DNA of 32,000 nucleotides. Origin: Longivirga aurantiaca (GTDB lineage Bacteria; Actinomycetota; Actinomycetes; S36-B12; CAIYMF01). The position numbers and the translations under genes were made by a program. The stretch spans positions 2,145,604-2,177,603 of the forward strand of contig NZ_JBHSTI010000008.1 in NCBI RefSeq assembly GCF_042660085.1, read 5' to 3'. Shown here one piece after another: positions 17,601 to 27,800 of the stretch (positions within the stretch are counted from its first letter, which is position 1; every line of letters begins with the position of its first letter). The notes beneath the pieces were generated by a model. That model was not told the DNA's origin. It saw only the letters and a program-made list of their open reading frames with translations, and did no database searches.

Positions 17601-18818
17601 CTATCGGAGGAGGTCGCGCACCAGCGCGTCCGCGAGCAGGCGCCCGCGCAGCGTCAGCACGAGGCGACCCGCACCGAGGGAGCCGGCGTCGGCGAGACCG
17701 TCGCTCGCCGCACGCACCGCGACGGCGCGACCGGCACGGTCGAGCAGGTCGAGGGGCAGGCCCTCGGCGAGCCGGACGCGGAGCAGCACCTGCTCCACAC
17801 GCACGTCGTCCGCGCTGAGCTGCTCGCGCGCCTCGGCCGGGCTCTCGCCGGCGGTGATGCGACCGGCGTACGCCGCGGGGTGGCGGACGTTCCACCACCG
17901 CACGCCGCCGACGTGCGCATGGGCGCCGGGACCGACGCCCCACCAGTCGTCGCCGCGCCAGTAGCCGAGGTTGTGCCGGCACTCGCCGCCCGGTCTCGCC
18001 CAGTTGCTCACCTCGTACCAGCCGAACCCGGCAGCGGTCAGGGCAGCGTCGGCCTGCTGGTATCGGTCGGCCGCGACGTCGTCGTCGACGCCGGCGATCT
18101 CGCCCCGCCGCACACGAGCGGCGAGGCGGGTGCCGTCCTCGACGATCAGCGAGTAGGCCGAGACATGGTCTGCGCCGGAGCCGATCGCGGCGTCGAGCGA
18201 CGAGGCGAAGTCGGCCTCGGTCTCCCCGGGCGTGGCGTAGATGAGGTCGACGTTGACGTTCTCGAACCCGGCCGCGCGCGCCTCGCCCACCGCCGCCACC
18301 GACCGGCCAGGAGTGTGGGTGCGCTCGAGCACCTGCAGCACGTGCTGCGCGGTGCTCTGCAGGCCGAAGCTCATGCGGGTGAAGCCGTCGGCGCGCAGCT
18401 GCGCGAGCGACTCGGGCGTCACGGAATCGGGATTGGCCTCGGTGCTCACCTCCGCGCCGGGCGCGAGCCCGAACTCGTCGCGGATCGCTCCCAGGATGCG
18501 GCCGAGGTCGCCGGCCGGCAGCAGCGTCGGGGTGCCGCCGCCGACGAACACCGTCTCCACGGGCAGGTCGACGTCGCCGAGCACGCGCCGGGCGAGCCGG
18601 ACCTCGGCCACCGCCTGGTCGGCGTACGTCGACCGGCTCACGCCGGGGCCGAGCTCCTCGGCCGTGTAGGTGTTGAAGTCGCAGTAGCCGCAGCGCGTCG
18701 CGCAGAACGGCACGTGCACGTAGAAGCCGAACGGCCGCGAGCCGATCCCGGCGAGCGCCGACGCCGGCAGGTGGCCGTCGAGCGGCGCGGGATCACCCTC
18801 GGGCGGCAGTGACGGCAC
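17601..18818 (-). CDS. hemW: Radical SAM heme chaperone HemW (coproporphyrinogen III oxidase-like)
   Basis: 405 aa: GFYVHVPFCATRCGYCDFNTYT (CxxxCxxC), FVGGGTPTLL, NVDLIYATPGETEADF, C-terminal HemN-like region. Confidence 0.95.
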   Translation of the reverse strand: MPSLPPEGDPAPLDGHLPASALAGIGSRPFGFYVHVPFCATRCGYCDFNTYTAEELGPGVSRSTYADQAVAEVRLARRVLGDVDLPVETVFVGGGTPTLLPAGDLGRILGAIRDEFGLAPGAEVSTEANPDSVTPESLAQLRADGFTRMSFGLQSTAQHVLQVLERTHTPGRSVAAVGEARAAGFENVNVDLIYATPGETEADFASSLDAAIGSGADHVSAYSLIVEDGTRLAARVRRGEIAGVDDDVAADRYQQADAALTAAGFGWYEVSNWARPGGECRHNLGYWRGDDWWGVGPGAHAHVGGVRWWNVRHPAAYAGRITAGESPAEAREQLSADDVRVEQVLLRVRLAEGLPLDLLDRAGRAVAVRAASDGLADAGSLGAGRLVLTLRGRLLADALVRDLLR

Positions 18819-18899
18819 GCGCCGACCCTACGTCGTGCGCGCATACCCCGGACGCGCGGAGGCCCCGGTCGGATCGACCGGGGCCTCGTCGTCGCGGGA

Positions 18900-20777
18900 C
18901 TACTTGTTCGGGTACATCGACTCCAGGACGTCGGCGAACGACGTCTCGACGACCTTGCGCTTGATCTTCAGGGACGGGGTCAGCTCGCCGTCCTCGATCG
19001 AGAGGTCGCGCGGCAGGATGCGCACGTCCTTGACCGTCTCCCACCGGTTGAGGCCCTTGTTGAGCTCCGCCATGGCGTCGCGGACCTCCTTCTCGACGGC
19101 CGGGTCCTTGGCCCACTCGGCCGGACCGCCCGCGATGCCGTGGGCCTCGGCGTAGCCCGCCGTGATGTCGGGGTCGAGGGTGACGAGCGCCGTGGCGTAG
19201 TTGCGGTTGTTGGCGTGCACGATGACGTTGCCCAGCAGCGGGCACAGCGCCTTGAACCGCGCCTCGATGAGACCGGGGGCGATGTACTTGCCGCCCGAGG
19301 TCTTGATGAGGTCCTTCTTGCGGTCGGTGATGCGCACGTAGCCGTCGTCGTCGATCTCGCCGATGTCGCCGGTTGCGAGCCAGCCGTCGCCGATCAGCAT
19401 CTCGGACGTCGCCTCGGGCAGGTTGTAGTAGCCGCGCATGACGCCGCCGCCCTTGACCAGGATCTCGCCGTCGTCGGCGATCTTCACCGTGGTGCCGGGG
19501 AACGGCAGGCCGACGGTGCCGACGCGGTTCTTGCCGGGGCGCCCGACCACCGAGCCTGCGGAGGTCTCGGTGAGGCCGTAGCCCTCGAGCAGCTCGAGGC
19601 CGACGGCCTCGAACCAGGAGCCGACGTCCTTGGACAGCGCGGCCGAGCCCGACACCAGGTACTCGATGTTGCCGCCGAGGCGGGCACGCACCTTGGAGAA
19701 GACGAGCTTGTCGGCGATGGCGTGCTGCGCGCCGAGGATCGGCGACACGCTGCCCTTGCGCTTGGCCTCGGCGTACTGGTGGCCGACGCCGATCGCCCAG
19801 TTGAAGATCTTCTCCTTGGCGCCGCCCTCGGCCGCCTGCATCGACACGACGCGGGCGTAGACCTTCTCGTAGATGCGCGGGGCGCCGGCCATGAAGTTGG
19901 GCTTGAGGAGTGCGAGGTTGTCCACGATCTTCTCGACGCGGCCGTCGACGGCGCTCGTGAAGCCGATCTGCAGCTGCGCCGAGAGCAGCACCTTGCCGAA
20001 CGAGTGCGAGAGCGGCAGCCACAGGAACTGCAGCTGGTCGGGGCGCAGGAGGCCGAGGCCCTCGATCGAGGCCGCCTCGTACGTCCAGTTGCTCTGGGTC
20101 AGCTCGACGCCCTTGGGGCGCCCGGTGGTGCCCGAGGTGTAGATGAGCGTGGCGAGGCTCTCGGGGCGGACCGCGTCGGTCGCGCGGGTCACGGCGTCCG
20201 CGTCGGAGTCGAGCAGGGCACGACCGCGGCCGGCGAGGTCGTCGGAGGTGATGACCCAGTCGTCCCCGCGCGAGGAGAGGTCGACGCCGGTCGTGTCGAT
20301 GAGCACGACCTTCTCGACGGCCGGGATCGAACCGCGCTGGTCGTTGAGCTTGCCGAGCTGCTTGGCGTCCTCGGCGATGACGATCCGCGAGCCTGAGTCG
20401 CTGAGGATGAAGGCGACGTCGTCGGCGTTTGTGCTCGGGTAGACCGTGGTGGTCGCGCCGCCCGCCGCCATGATCGCGAGGTCGAAGAAGATCCACTCGA
20501 GGCGGGTGTTGCTGGCGATGGCCACCCGGTCCTCGGGCTGCAGGCCGAGCGAGAGCAGGCCTGCGGCGAGCTCGGTGACCCGCTCGCCGCTGCGGCCCCA
20601 GCTCCAGGACTCCCAGCCGCCGGCGGCGGTGGGGGCGCGGAAGGCCTCGCGGGCCGGGTCGGCGGCGACCCGGTCGAAGAACAGCCGGCCGAGCGAGGCG
20701 GCGGGCTCGGGCATGGGCTCGGGGCCGGTGGTGGTGCGGCCGGCGCTCGGGGCGAGGGGCTCGGTGGTCTCGGACAC
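18900..20777 (-). CDS. Long-chain-fatty-acid--CoA ligase (AMP-dependent synthetase)
   Basis: 625 aa: LATLIYTSGTTGRPKGVELTQSN, LLEGYGLTETSAGSV, GWLATGDIGEIDDDGYVRITDRKKDLIKTSGGKYIAP. Confidence 0.95.
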   Translation of the reverse strand: MSETTEPLAPSAGRTTTGPEPMPEPAASLGRLFFDRVAADPAREAFRAPTAAGGWESWSWGRSGERVTELAAGLLSLGLQPEDRVAIASNTRLEWIFFDLAIMAAGGATTTVYPSTNADDVAFILSDSGSRIVIAEDAKQLGKLNDQRGSIPAVEKVVLIDTTGVDLSSRGDDWVITSDDLAGRGRALLDSDADAVTRATDAVRPESLATLIYTSGTTGRPKGVELTQSNWTYEAASIEGLGLLRPDQLQFLWLPLSHSFGKVLLSAQLQIGFTSAVDGRVEKIVDNLALLKPNFMAGAPRIYEKVYARVVSMQAAEGGAKEKIFNWAIGVGHQYAEAKRKGSVSPILGAQHAIADKLVFSKVRARLGGNIEYLVSGSAALSKDVGSWFEAVGLELLEGYGLTETSAGSVVGRPGKNRVGTVGLPFPGTTVKIADDGEILVKGGGVMRGYYNLPEATSEMLIGDGWLATGDIGEIDDDGYVRITDRKKDLIKTSGGKYIAPGLIEARFKALCPLLGNVIVHANNRNYATALVTLDPDITAGYAEAHGIAGGPAEWAKDPAVEKEVRDAMAELNKGLNRWETVKDVRILPRDLSIEDGELTPSLKIKRKVVETSFADVLESMYPNK

Positions 20778-20888
20778 TCTGGGGGTCCCTCCGGTTGGTC
20801 GGCGAGGGCTCCCCTAGCAGGGGCTCCCGTCGGCCTGGCGTGTTGTGGGACCCACTCTGCCGTGCCGACCGGCGCGAGGCCAGACTTT

Positions 20889-20904
20889 GTTACCGGCGAG
20901 TTAA
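20889..20904. promoter_or_regulatory. Candidate operator, near-palindrome GTTACCGGCGAGTTAA, upstream of the acyl-CoA ligase
   Basis: GTTACCGGCGAGTTAA at 20889-20904, 112 nt upstream of the ligase start. Resembles a TTAC...GTAA dyad with one extra base; regulator unknown. Confidence 0.25.
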
Positions 20905-20926
20905 GGAGACCTGACCGGACGGTGCC

Positions 20927-22774
<1,848 letters not shown>

Positions 22775-23004
22775 GGTGCTCTGGTCGTCCTCGGGTCGGG
22801 TTCGGGGGCGCCCTCCGGCCGCCTGGGGCGGCGCACGAGGCGCGGGCACCATCGTCCCACGTCCGCGGGGCTGCGCCCGCCGCACGCCCGTGCTGGCACG
22901 TCCGGCGCCGCGGGCCGGCGTGCAGGGTCGGCGTACGCCGCTGACCTGCGGTTTCGGTGCCGTCGGGCGGGGCTCGGAGGGGCGGGTCGCCGTCCGGACC
23001 GGAT

Positions 23005-23034
23005 TTGGCCCCGGGACCCGCTGCCGGGTACTCT
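23005..23034 (+). promoter_or_regulatory. Candidate sigma-70-type promoter for rpsT
   Basis: TTGGCC (23005-23010), 18-nt spacer, TACTCT (23029-23034), about 115 nt upstream of rpsT. Pattern match only. Confidence 0.35.
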
Positions 23035-23148
23035 GGCGTGTCGTTTGTGCGCGCTGTCCGCACGCGCGCCGACGCACCAACCAGACCTGGCTCCACCTCA
23101 GGATCGCCCACCGGCGTCCTGACGACACCGACGAAGGCGATAGGCACC

Positions 23149-23418
23149 GTGGCGAACATCAAGTCGCAGATCAAGCGCAACCGCACCAACGAGGCTGCGC
23201 GCCTGCGCAACAAGTCGACCAAGTCGGCCCTCAAGACTGCCGTGCGCAAGTTCCACGCCGCCGCCGACGCCGGCGACGCCGCCCAGGTCGAGGAGCTCGC
23301 CCGTCAGGCGACCCGCGCCCTGGACAAGGCCGCGAGCAAGGGTGTCATCCACAAGAACCAGGCCGCCAACCGCAAGTCGGCGATCTCCAGCCGCGCCGCC
23401 GCGGTCGCCAACGCCTGA
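23149..23418 (+). CDS. rpsT: 30S ribosomal protein S20
   Basis: 89 aa from GTG: (M)[41 protein letters not shown]...[22 protein letters not shown]. Confidence 0.97.
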   Translation: MANIKSQIKRNRTNEAARLRNKSTKSALKTAVRKFHAAADAGDAAQVEELARQATRALDKAASKGVIHKNQAANRKSAISSRAAAVANA

Positions 23419-23434
23419 CGCGCGCACCACGTCC

Positions 23435-23469
23435 GAGAGGGCGCCACCCCGCTGGGGTGGCGCCCTCTC
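23435..23469. terminator. Strong stem-loop terminator 3' of rpsT, convergent with holA
   Basis: Perfect 16-bp inverted repeat GAGAGGGCGCCACCCC / GGGGTGGCGCCCTCTC with 3-nt loop (GCT). Confidence 0.85.
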
Positions 23470-23500
23470 GCGTTGCTCGGCGGTGCCGGGACGTACGACC

Positions 23501-24559
23501 TCAGCGCGAGCGGTTGCGGACCGCGCGCAGCAGGGTGCTCTCGAGCACGTAGGTGCCCTGGTCGCGGTCGAGGCCCTCGTCGCTCATGCTGCGGCCGGTG
23601 ACCGAGCGCCCCTTGACGGCGGCGTCGGCCTTGGCGATCTCGACCAGCGCCGCGGCGAGCGCTGCGGGGTGCCAGCGACCGGCCTGCTCGCGCAGGGTGC
23701 GCACCTTGAACGGCGGCACCCCGGCCTCGCGGGCGACGTCGGCCTCGGACGCGCCGCGCGGCGCGGAGGCGACCCGGGCGAGGCCGCGCACTCCCCCGGC
23801 CACCGCGGCCGACAGGGCCGGGCCGGCGCCGGCGTCGTTGGCCAGGGCCCAGCGGGTACGGCGGAGCACCTCGACCGCACGGCCGCCGAGCACGGCGTCG
23901 GACACGAGGTAGCCCGGCACGTCGGCAACGCCGTCGTAGTAGACCGCCACGGACTCGGGCGTGAGCGGGTCGTCCTGAACGTCGCTGACGAGCTGGGCGC
24001 AGGCGGCGGACAGCGACCGGAGGTCGTCGCCGATCGCGACGCGCAGCGCCTCGACCGCCTCGGGGGTGGCCTTGCGCTTGGCGGCGTGCAGCTCGCGGGC
24101 GACAAAGTCGTCGACCGCGCGGCCCTTGGCCTTCTCGCACGGGGCCACGACGAACCCGCCCGCGGCGAGCAGATCGACGATCTTGCGCCCCTTCACCCCG
24201 CCGGGGTGCAGCACCACGACGCGCACCTCGCCCGTCTCGGCAGCCTCGAGCAGTGCGGCCACCATGCGGTCGTCGGCGCTCTCGGCGCCCCGGGCCACCA
24301 CCACGGCTGCGTCGCCGAAGAGGTTGGGCGAGCACGCCTCGACGAGGTCGCCGAGGCCGGACTCCGAGGCCAGATCCACATCGCGCCGCTCGATCGTGGG
24401 GTCGTCGGCGCGGGCCGCGGCCAGGACGGCGGTCACGACGCGCTCGGCCAGGAAGTCCTCCGCGCCCACGGCGACGACGGCCCGGTGGCGCGCGGCGTCG
24501 ATCTCGGGCGTGGTGGTGGCCGCGGCCTTGGGGGCGGCGGACTTCTTGGCGGGCGGCAT
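23501..24559 (-). CDS. holA: DNA polymerase III subunit delta
   Basis: 352 aa: RVVVLHPGGVKGRKIVDLLAAGG, LRSLSAACAQLVSDV, VEVLRRTRWALANDAGAGPALSAAVAGGVRGLARV. Standard neighbour of rpsT and comEC. Confidence 0.9.
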   Translation of the reverse strand: MPPAKKSAAPKAAATTTPEIDAARHRAVVAVGAEDFLAERVVTAVLAAARADDPTIERRDVDLASESGLGDLVEACSPNLFGDAAVVVARGAESADDRMVAALLEAAETGEVRVVVLHPGGVKGRKIVDLLAAGGFVVAPCEKAKGRAVDDFVARELHAAKRKATPEAVEALRVAIGDDLRSLSAACAQLVSDVQDDPLTPESVAVYYDGVADVPGYLVSDAVLGGRAVEVLRRTRWALANDAGAGPALSAAVAGGVRGLARVASAPRGASEADVAREAGVPPFKVRTLREQAGRWHPAALAAALVEIAKADAAVKGRSVTGRSMSDEGLDRDQGTYVLESTLLRAVRNRSR

Positions 24560-24605
24560 CTCGGCGTCAGCCTCTCACGTCGGCCCGACACCGCAGCGCT
24601 CCTGG

Positions 24606-26990
24606 TCACGTGCCGCGGCGCAGGAGGGCGAGGGCGCCGGTGTCGTCCAGGACGACGGCGAGGTCGCCGTCGAGGTCGGTGCGACCGACCACCGCGCCCA
24701 CCGCCTGGTAGGCCGCCACGGTGTCCGGGGCCGGATGGCCGTAGTCGTTGTCGACGCCGACACCGATGAGCGCGATCCGAGGCCGGAAGGCGCTCGCCCA
24801 AGCCGGCGACTGGTAGCGCGAGCCGTGGTGCGGAACCTTCACGACGTCGACGGGAATCACGGGCGTCTCCGCGAGCACGGCGTCCTGCGCCGCCTCCTCG
24901 AGGTCGCCGCCGAGCGCGAACGTGATGCCGTCGACCTCGGCGAGCACGGTGACGCTGGCGTTGTTGGCGTCCGACCCCTGGCCCCGGATGAACCGCGTCG
25001 GCCAGACGACCCGCAGGTGCACGGAACCGACCTGCCACTCGTCACCGGGCGCCGCGACCCGCAGGGAGGCTCCCGAGCCCCCGAGCCAGCGCCGTACCCG
25101 CCGATCCTCCCCCGGCGGGTCGTCCAGGGGCGAGGTGACGACCACGCCGGCGGCCCGCCCGCGGAGCACGCCTGGAAGGCCCTCGACGTGGTCGGCGTGG
25201 AAGTGCGTGAGCAGCACGAGCGGCACACGGACCACGCCGAGCCGGCGCAGGCACCGGTCGACCAGCGACGGGTCCGGCCCGGTGTCGACCACGACGGCCT
25301 CACCGGCCCCGACCCTGAGGACGAGCGCGTCTCCCTGACCGACGGCGCACATGACCGCGCGCCAGCCGCTCGGCGGCCACGACAGGGCACCCGGCACCAC
25401 GACCGGCACGGGGGCCACGGCGACCACCACCGCGACGGCCGCGCCCACGGCCAGCGCAGCCCGCAGCCCCGGGCCGCCGTGCCGGCGCGCCAGCCACGCG
25501 CCCACGACGGCGAGCCCGATGACCGCGGAGATCGACGCCGCGCCCGCCCAGCCCGACGGCCACGGCAGGCTCCCGGCCACGAACGAGGTCTGGCGGGCCA
25601 CGATCGCGATCCACGAGACCGCCCAGCCGGCGGGGACGGCGAGCACCGACGCCGCGGCTGGTGACACCAGGCCGACCACGGCCGCGATCAGCCCGAGCGC
25701 GGTCGCTGGCGCCACGGCCGGCTCGGCGAGCAGGTTGGCGACGACCCCGCCGACCGGCACCCCACCGCCGATGCCCACGACGAGCGGCGCGACCGCCAGC
25801 TGGGCGGCGGCGCTCACCACGACCAGAGCGCCGACCGCGCGCGCGGCACGGCTCCACCACGGACCGGCCCGCAGCGCCGGGGCGGCACGGGCAGCGATGA
25901 CGATGAGCGCGGCGGTCGCCGCCACCGACATCGCGAAGCCGACGGACACGGCGAGGAACGGGTCGAGCAGCACGAGCCCCACCACCGCAGCGGCCAGCAC
26001 GTCGACGGGGCGCACCCGAAGGTCGAGCAGCAGCGCCACCAGGACCACCGCGGCCATCGCGGCAGCCCGGAGCACCGACGGCTGCGGCCGCGCGACGACG
26101 ACGTACGCCGCCACCGCGAGCGCGACCACGACCAGCCGCACGCCGCCGCGGCGCAGGCCGACGAGCCGGCCGAGCACCACGACCACGGCCACGACCACCG
26201 CGACGTTGCCGCCGCTCACGGCCGTGAGGTGGGCGAGGCCGGAGTCGCGCATGGCCTGCTCGAGCTCCGGGCCCTGCGCCGCGGTGTCGCCGACGACGAG
26301 ACCCGGGAGCAGGCCGCGGACGTCGGCCGACCGGGCGGAGACCGACTGCCGCAACGACTCGCGGACGGCGCCGGCCGCGACCTGCACGGGCGGCGGTCCG
26401 CGCACGACTGTGACCTGCTCGGCCACGATCGTGGCCGCCCTGCCCCGGCGGGCATCGGCGGGCAGGACCCGGCCGGTGAGCTCGACCGTCGTCCCCGGCA
26501 GGAGACCTGCGACGGCCGCCGAGGCCGCGTCGCCACCCGTGATGATCTGGACAGGCAGATCGAGCACCCGCCCCTGCCCCGCGATCGTCGCCGTCACGAG
26601 CGCGGCGTCCACCACCCACGCGTCGTCGGTACGCCGGGAGCCCGACGTGCGGCCGTCGCGCACGCGCGGGTCTCCGGTGGTGACCGCCTCCGCGCGGACG
26701 AACGACCTCTCGGCCGCCGCGATGGCGAGCGGGCCGTCGAGCAGCGGACCGACCCGCCAGGCGGCGACTCCTGCCGACAGCAGGACCAGGGCGAGCACGA
26801 CCACGAGGTCGGACGCCTCCACGAGGCCGTACCACCACGCCAGCAGACCGGTCGCCGCCGCTGCCGACCCGATGACGGCAACCAGCGCTGGTGCCGGCAG
26901 CGGTCCGGACGGTGCGGAGGCGGCGACGAGGGCGGCCGAGGCCCAGACCGCCGCCGCGGCGACGACCGGCCGCGTGACCCACGGCGTCAC
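24606..26990 (-). CDS. comEC: ComEC/Rec2-family competence protein with C-terminal metallo-beta-lactamase-like domain
   Basis: 794 aa from GTG at 26990: GLLPGLVVGDTAAQGPELEQAMRDSGLAHLTAVSGGNVAVV and C-terminal VVLLTHFHADHVEGLPGV, VDVVKVPHHGSRYQSPAW. Confidence 0.92.
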   Translation of the reverse strand: MTPWVTRPVVAAAAVWASAALVAASAPSGPLPAPALVAVIGSAAAATGLLAWWYGLVEASDLVVVLALVLLSAGVAAWRVGPLLDGPLAIAAAERSFVRAEAVTTGDPRVRDGRTSGSRRTDDAWVVDAALVTATIAGQGRVLDLPVQIITGGDAASAAVAGLLPGTTVELTGRVLPADARRGRAATIVAEQVTVVRGPPPVQVAAGAVRESLRQSVSARSADVRGLLPGLVVGDTAAQGPELEQAMRDSGLAHLTAVSGGNVAVVVAVVVVLGRLVGLRRGGVRLVVVALAVAAYVVVARPQPSVLRAAAMAAVVLVALLLDLRVRPVDVLAAAVVGLVLLDPFLAVSVGFAMSVAATAALIVIAARAAPALRAGPWWSRAARAVGALVVVSAAAQLAVAPLVVGIGGGVPVGGVVANLLAEPAVAPATALGLIAAVVGLVSPAAASVLAVPAGWAVSWIAIVARQTSFVAGSLPWPSGWAGAASISAVIGLAVVGAWLARRHGGPGLRAALAVGAAVAVVVAVAPVPVVVPGALSWPPSGWRAVMCAVGQGDALVLRVGAGEAVVVDTGPDPSLVDRCLRRLGVVRVPLVLLTHFHADHVEGLPGVLRGRAAGVVVTSPLDDPPGEDRRVRRWLGGSGASLRVAAPGDEWQVGSVHLRVVWPTRFIRGQGSDANNASVTVLAEVDGITFALGGDLEEAAQDAVLAETPVIPVDVVKVPHHGSRYQSPAWASAFRPRIALIGVGVDNDYGHPAPDTVAAYQAVGAVVGRTDLDGDLAVVLDDTGALALLRRGT

Positions 26991-27706
26991 ACGGTCACCA
27001 GCGGGGAGAGCCGCTCGAAGGTGCGCTCGCCGATGCCCGAGACCTCGCGCAGCTGGTCGACCGAGGCGAATCGGCCGTGCTGGGTGCGCCAGTCGAGGAT
27101 GCGCCCGGCCATCACCGGCCCCACGCCCGGAAGGGTGTCGAGGTCGTCGATCGTGGCGGTGTTGAGGTTCACCGGCCCGGCCGGCACGCCACCGCCCGAG
27201 CTTCCTGCGCCCGGCGGTGCGGTGGCGGAGTCGTGGGCGACGTCGACCTGCTCGCCGTCCACGAGCACGCGCGCGAGGTTGAGGCCGCCCGAGCTGCCGC
27301 CCTTGCGCAACCCGCCCGCAGCCTCGATCGCATCGGACACCCGGGATCCCGGCGGCAGCCGCACGAGGCCCGGCTTCTTCACCTCGCCGACCACATGGAC
27401 GACGAGGTCGGCCTGCGGGGTCGGCGAGGTCGAGGGGGCGACGGACCCGGACGCGACGGGCACCGGCGTGCCCGGCACCAGTGCCACGGGGGTGGGCGCA
27501 CCGCCGGTGACCGTGCGCAGGAGCAGCCACGCGGCCAGTGCCGTCGCGCCGATCGTGAGGAGCACAGGCTTCACCGCGGGGGGCATCAGCCAGCGCGGCG
27601 CCCGTGGGGAGCCAGGATCGGTCGGCGCTGCCCCGCCCGCGGCGAGCGCTCGGAGCCGCTCACGGACTGCGTCCGGGTCGGGGCGGGGTCGCGGGCGGGG
27701 CAGCAC
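26987..27706 (-). CDS. comEA: ComEA family helix-hairpin-helix DNA-binding protein
   Basis: 239 aa: one TM, SLBB-like VHVVGEVKKPGLVRLPPGSRVSDAIEAAGG, HhH NLNTATIDDLDTLPGVGPVMAGRILDWRTQHGRFASVDQLREVSGIGERTFERL. Confidence 0.92.
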   Translation of the reverse strand: MLPRPRPRPDPDAVRERLRALAAGGAAPTDPGSPRAPRWLMPPAVKPVLLTIGATALAAWLLLRTVTGGAPTPVALVPGTPVPVASGSVAPSTSPTPQADLVVHVVGEVKKPGLVRLPPGSRVSDAIEAAGGLRKGGSSGGLNLARVLVDGEQVDVAHDSATAPPGAGSSGGGVPAGPVNLNTATIDDLDTLPGVGPVMAGRILDWRTQHGRFASVDQLREVSGIGERTFERLSPLVTV

Positions 27707-27800
27707 GCCGCATGCTCGGCCGCTCCCACCCGCGCCTGGCCGTCGTCATCGCGCCCGGCTGTGGACGACACGGCCCGTGACCGCCCTGGGGACAGCGGGT

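Noticed and set aside
24606-27706. comEA/comEC considered as evidence of a novel uptake system
   Set aside because: Standard actinobacterial comEA-comEC-holA-rpsT-lepA synteny; both proteins have their usual domains.
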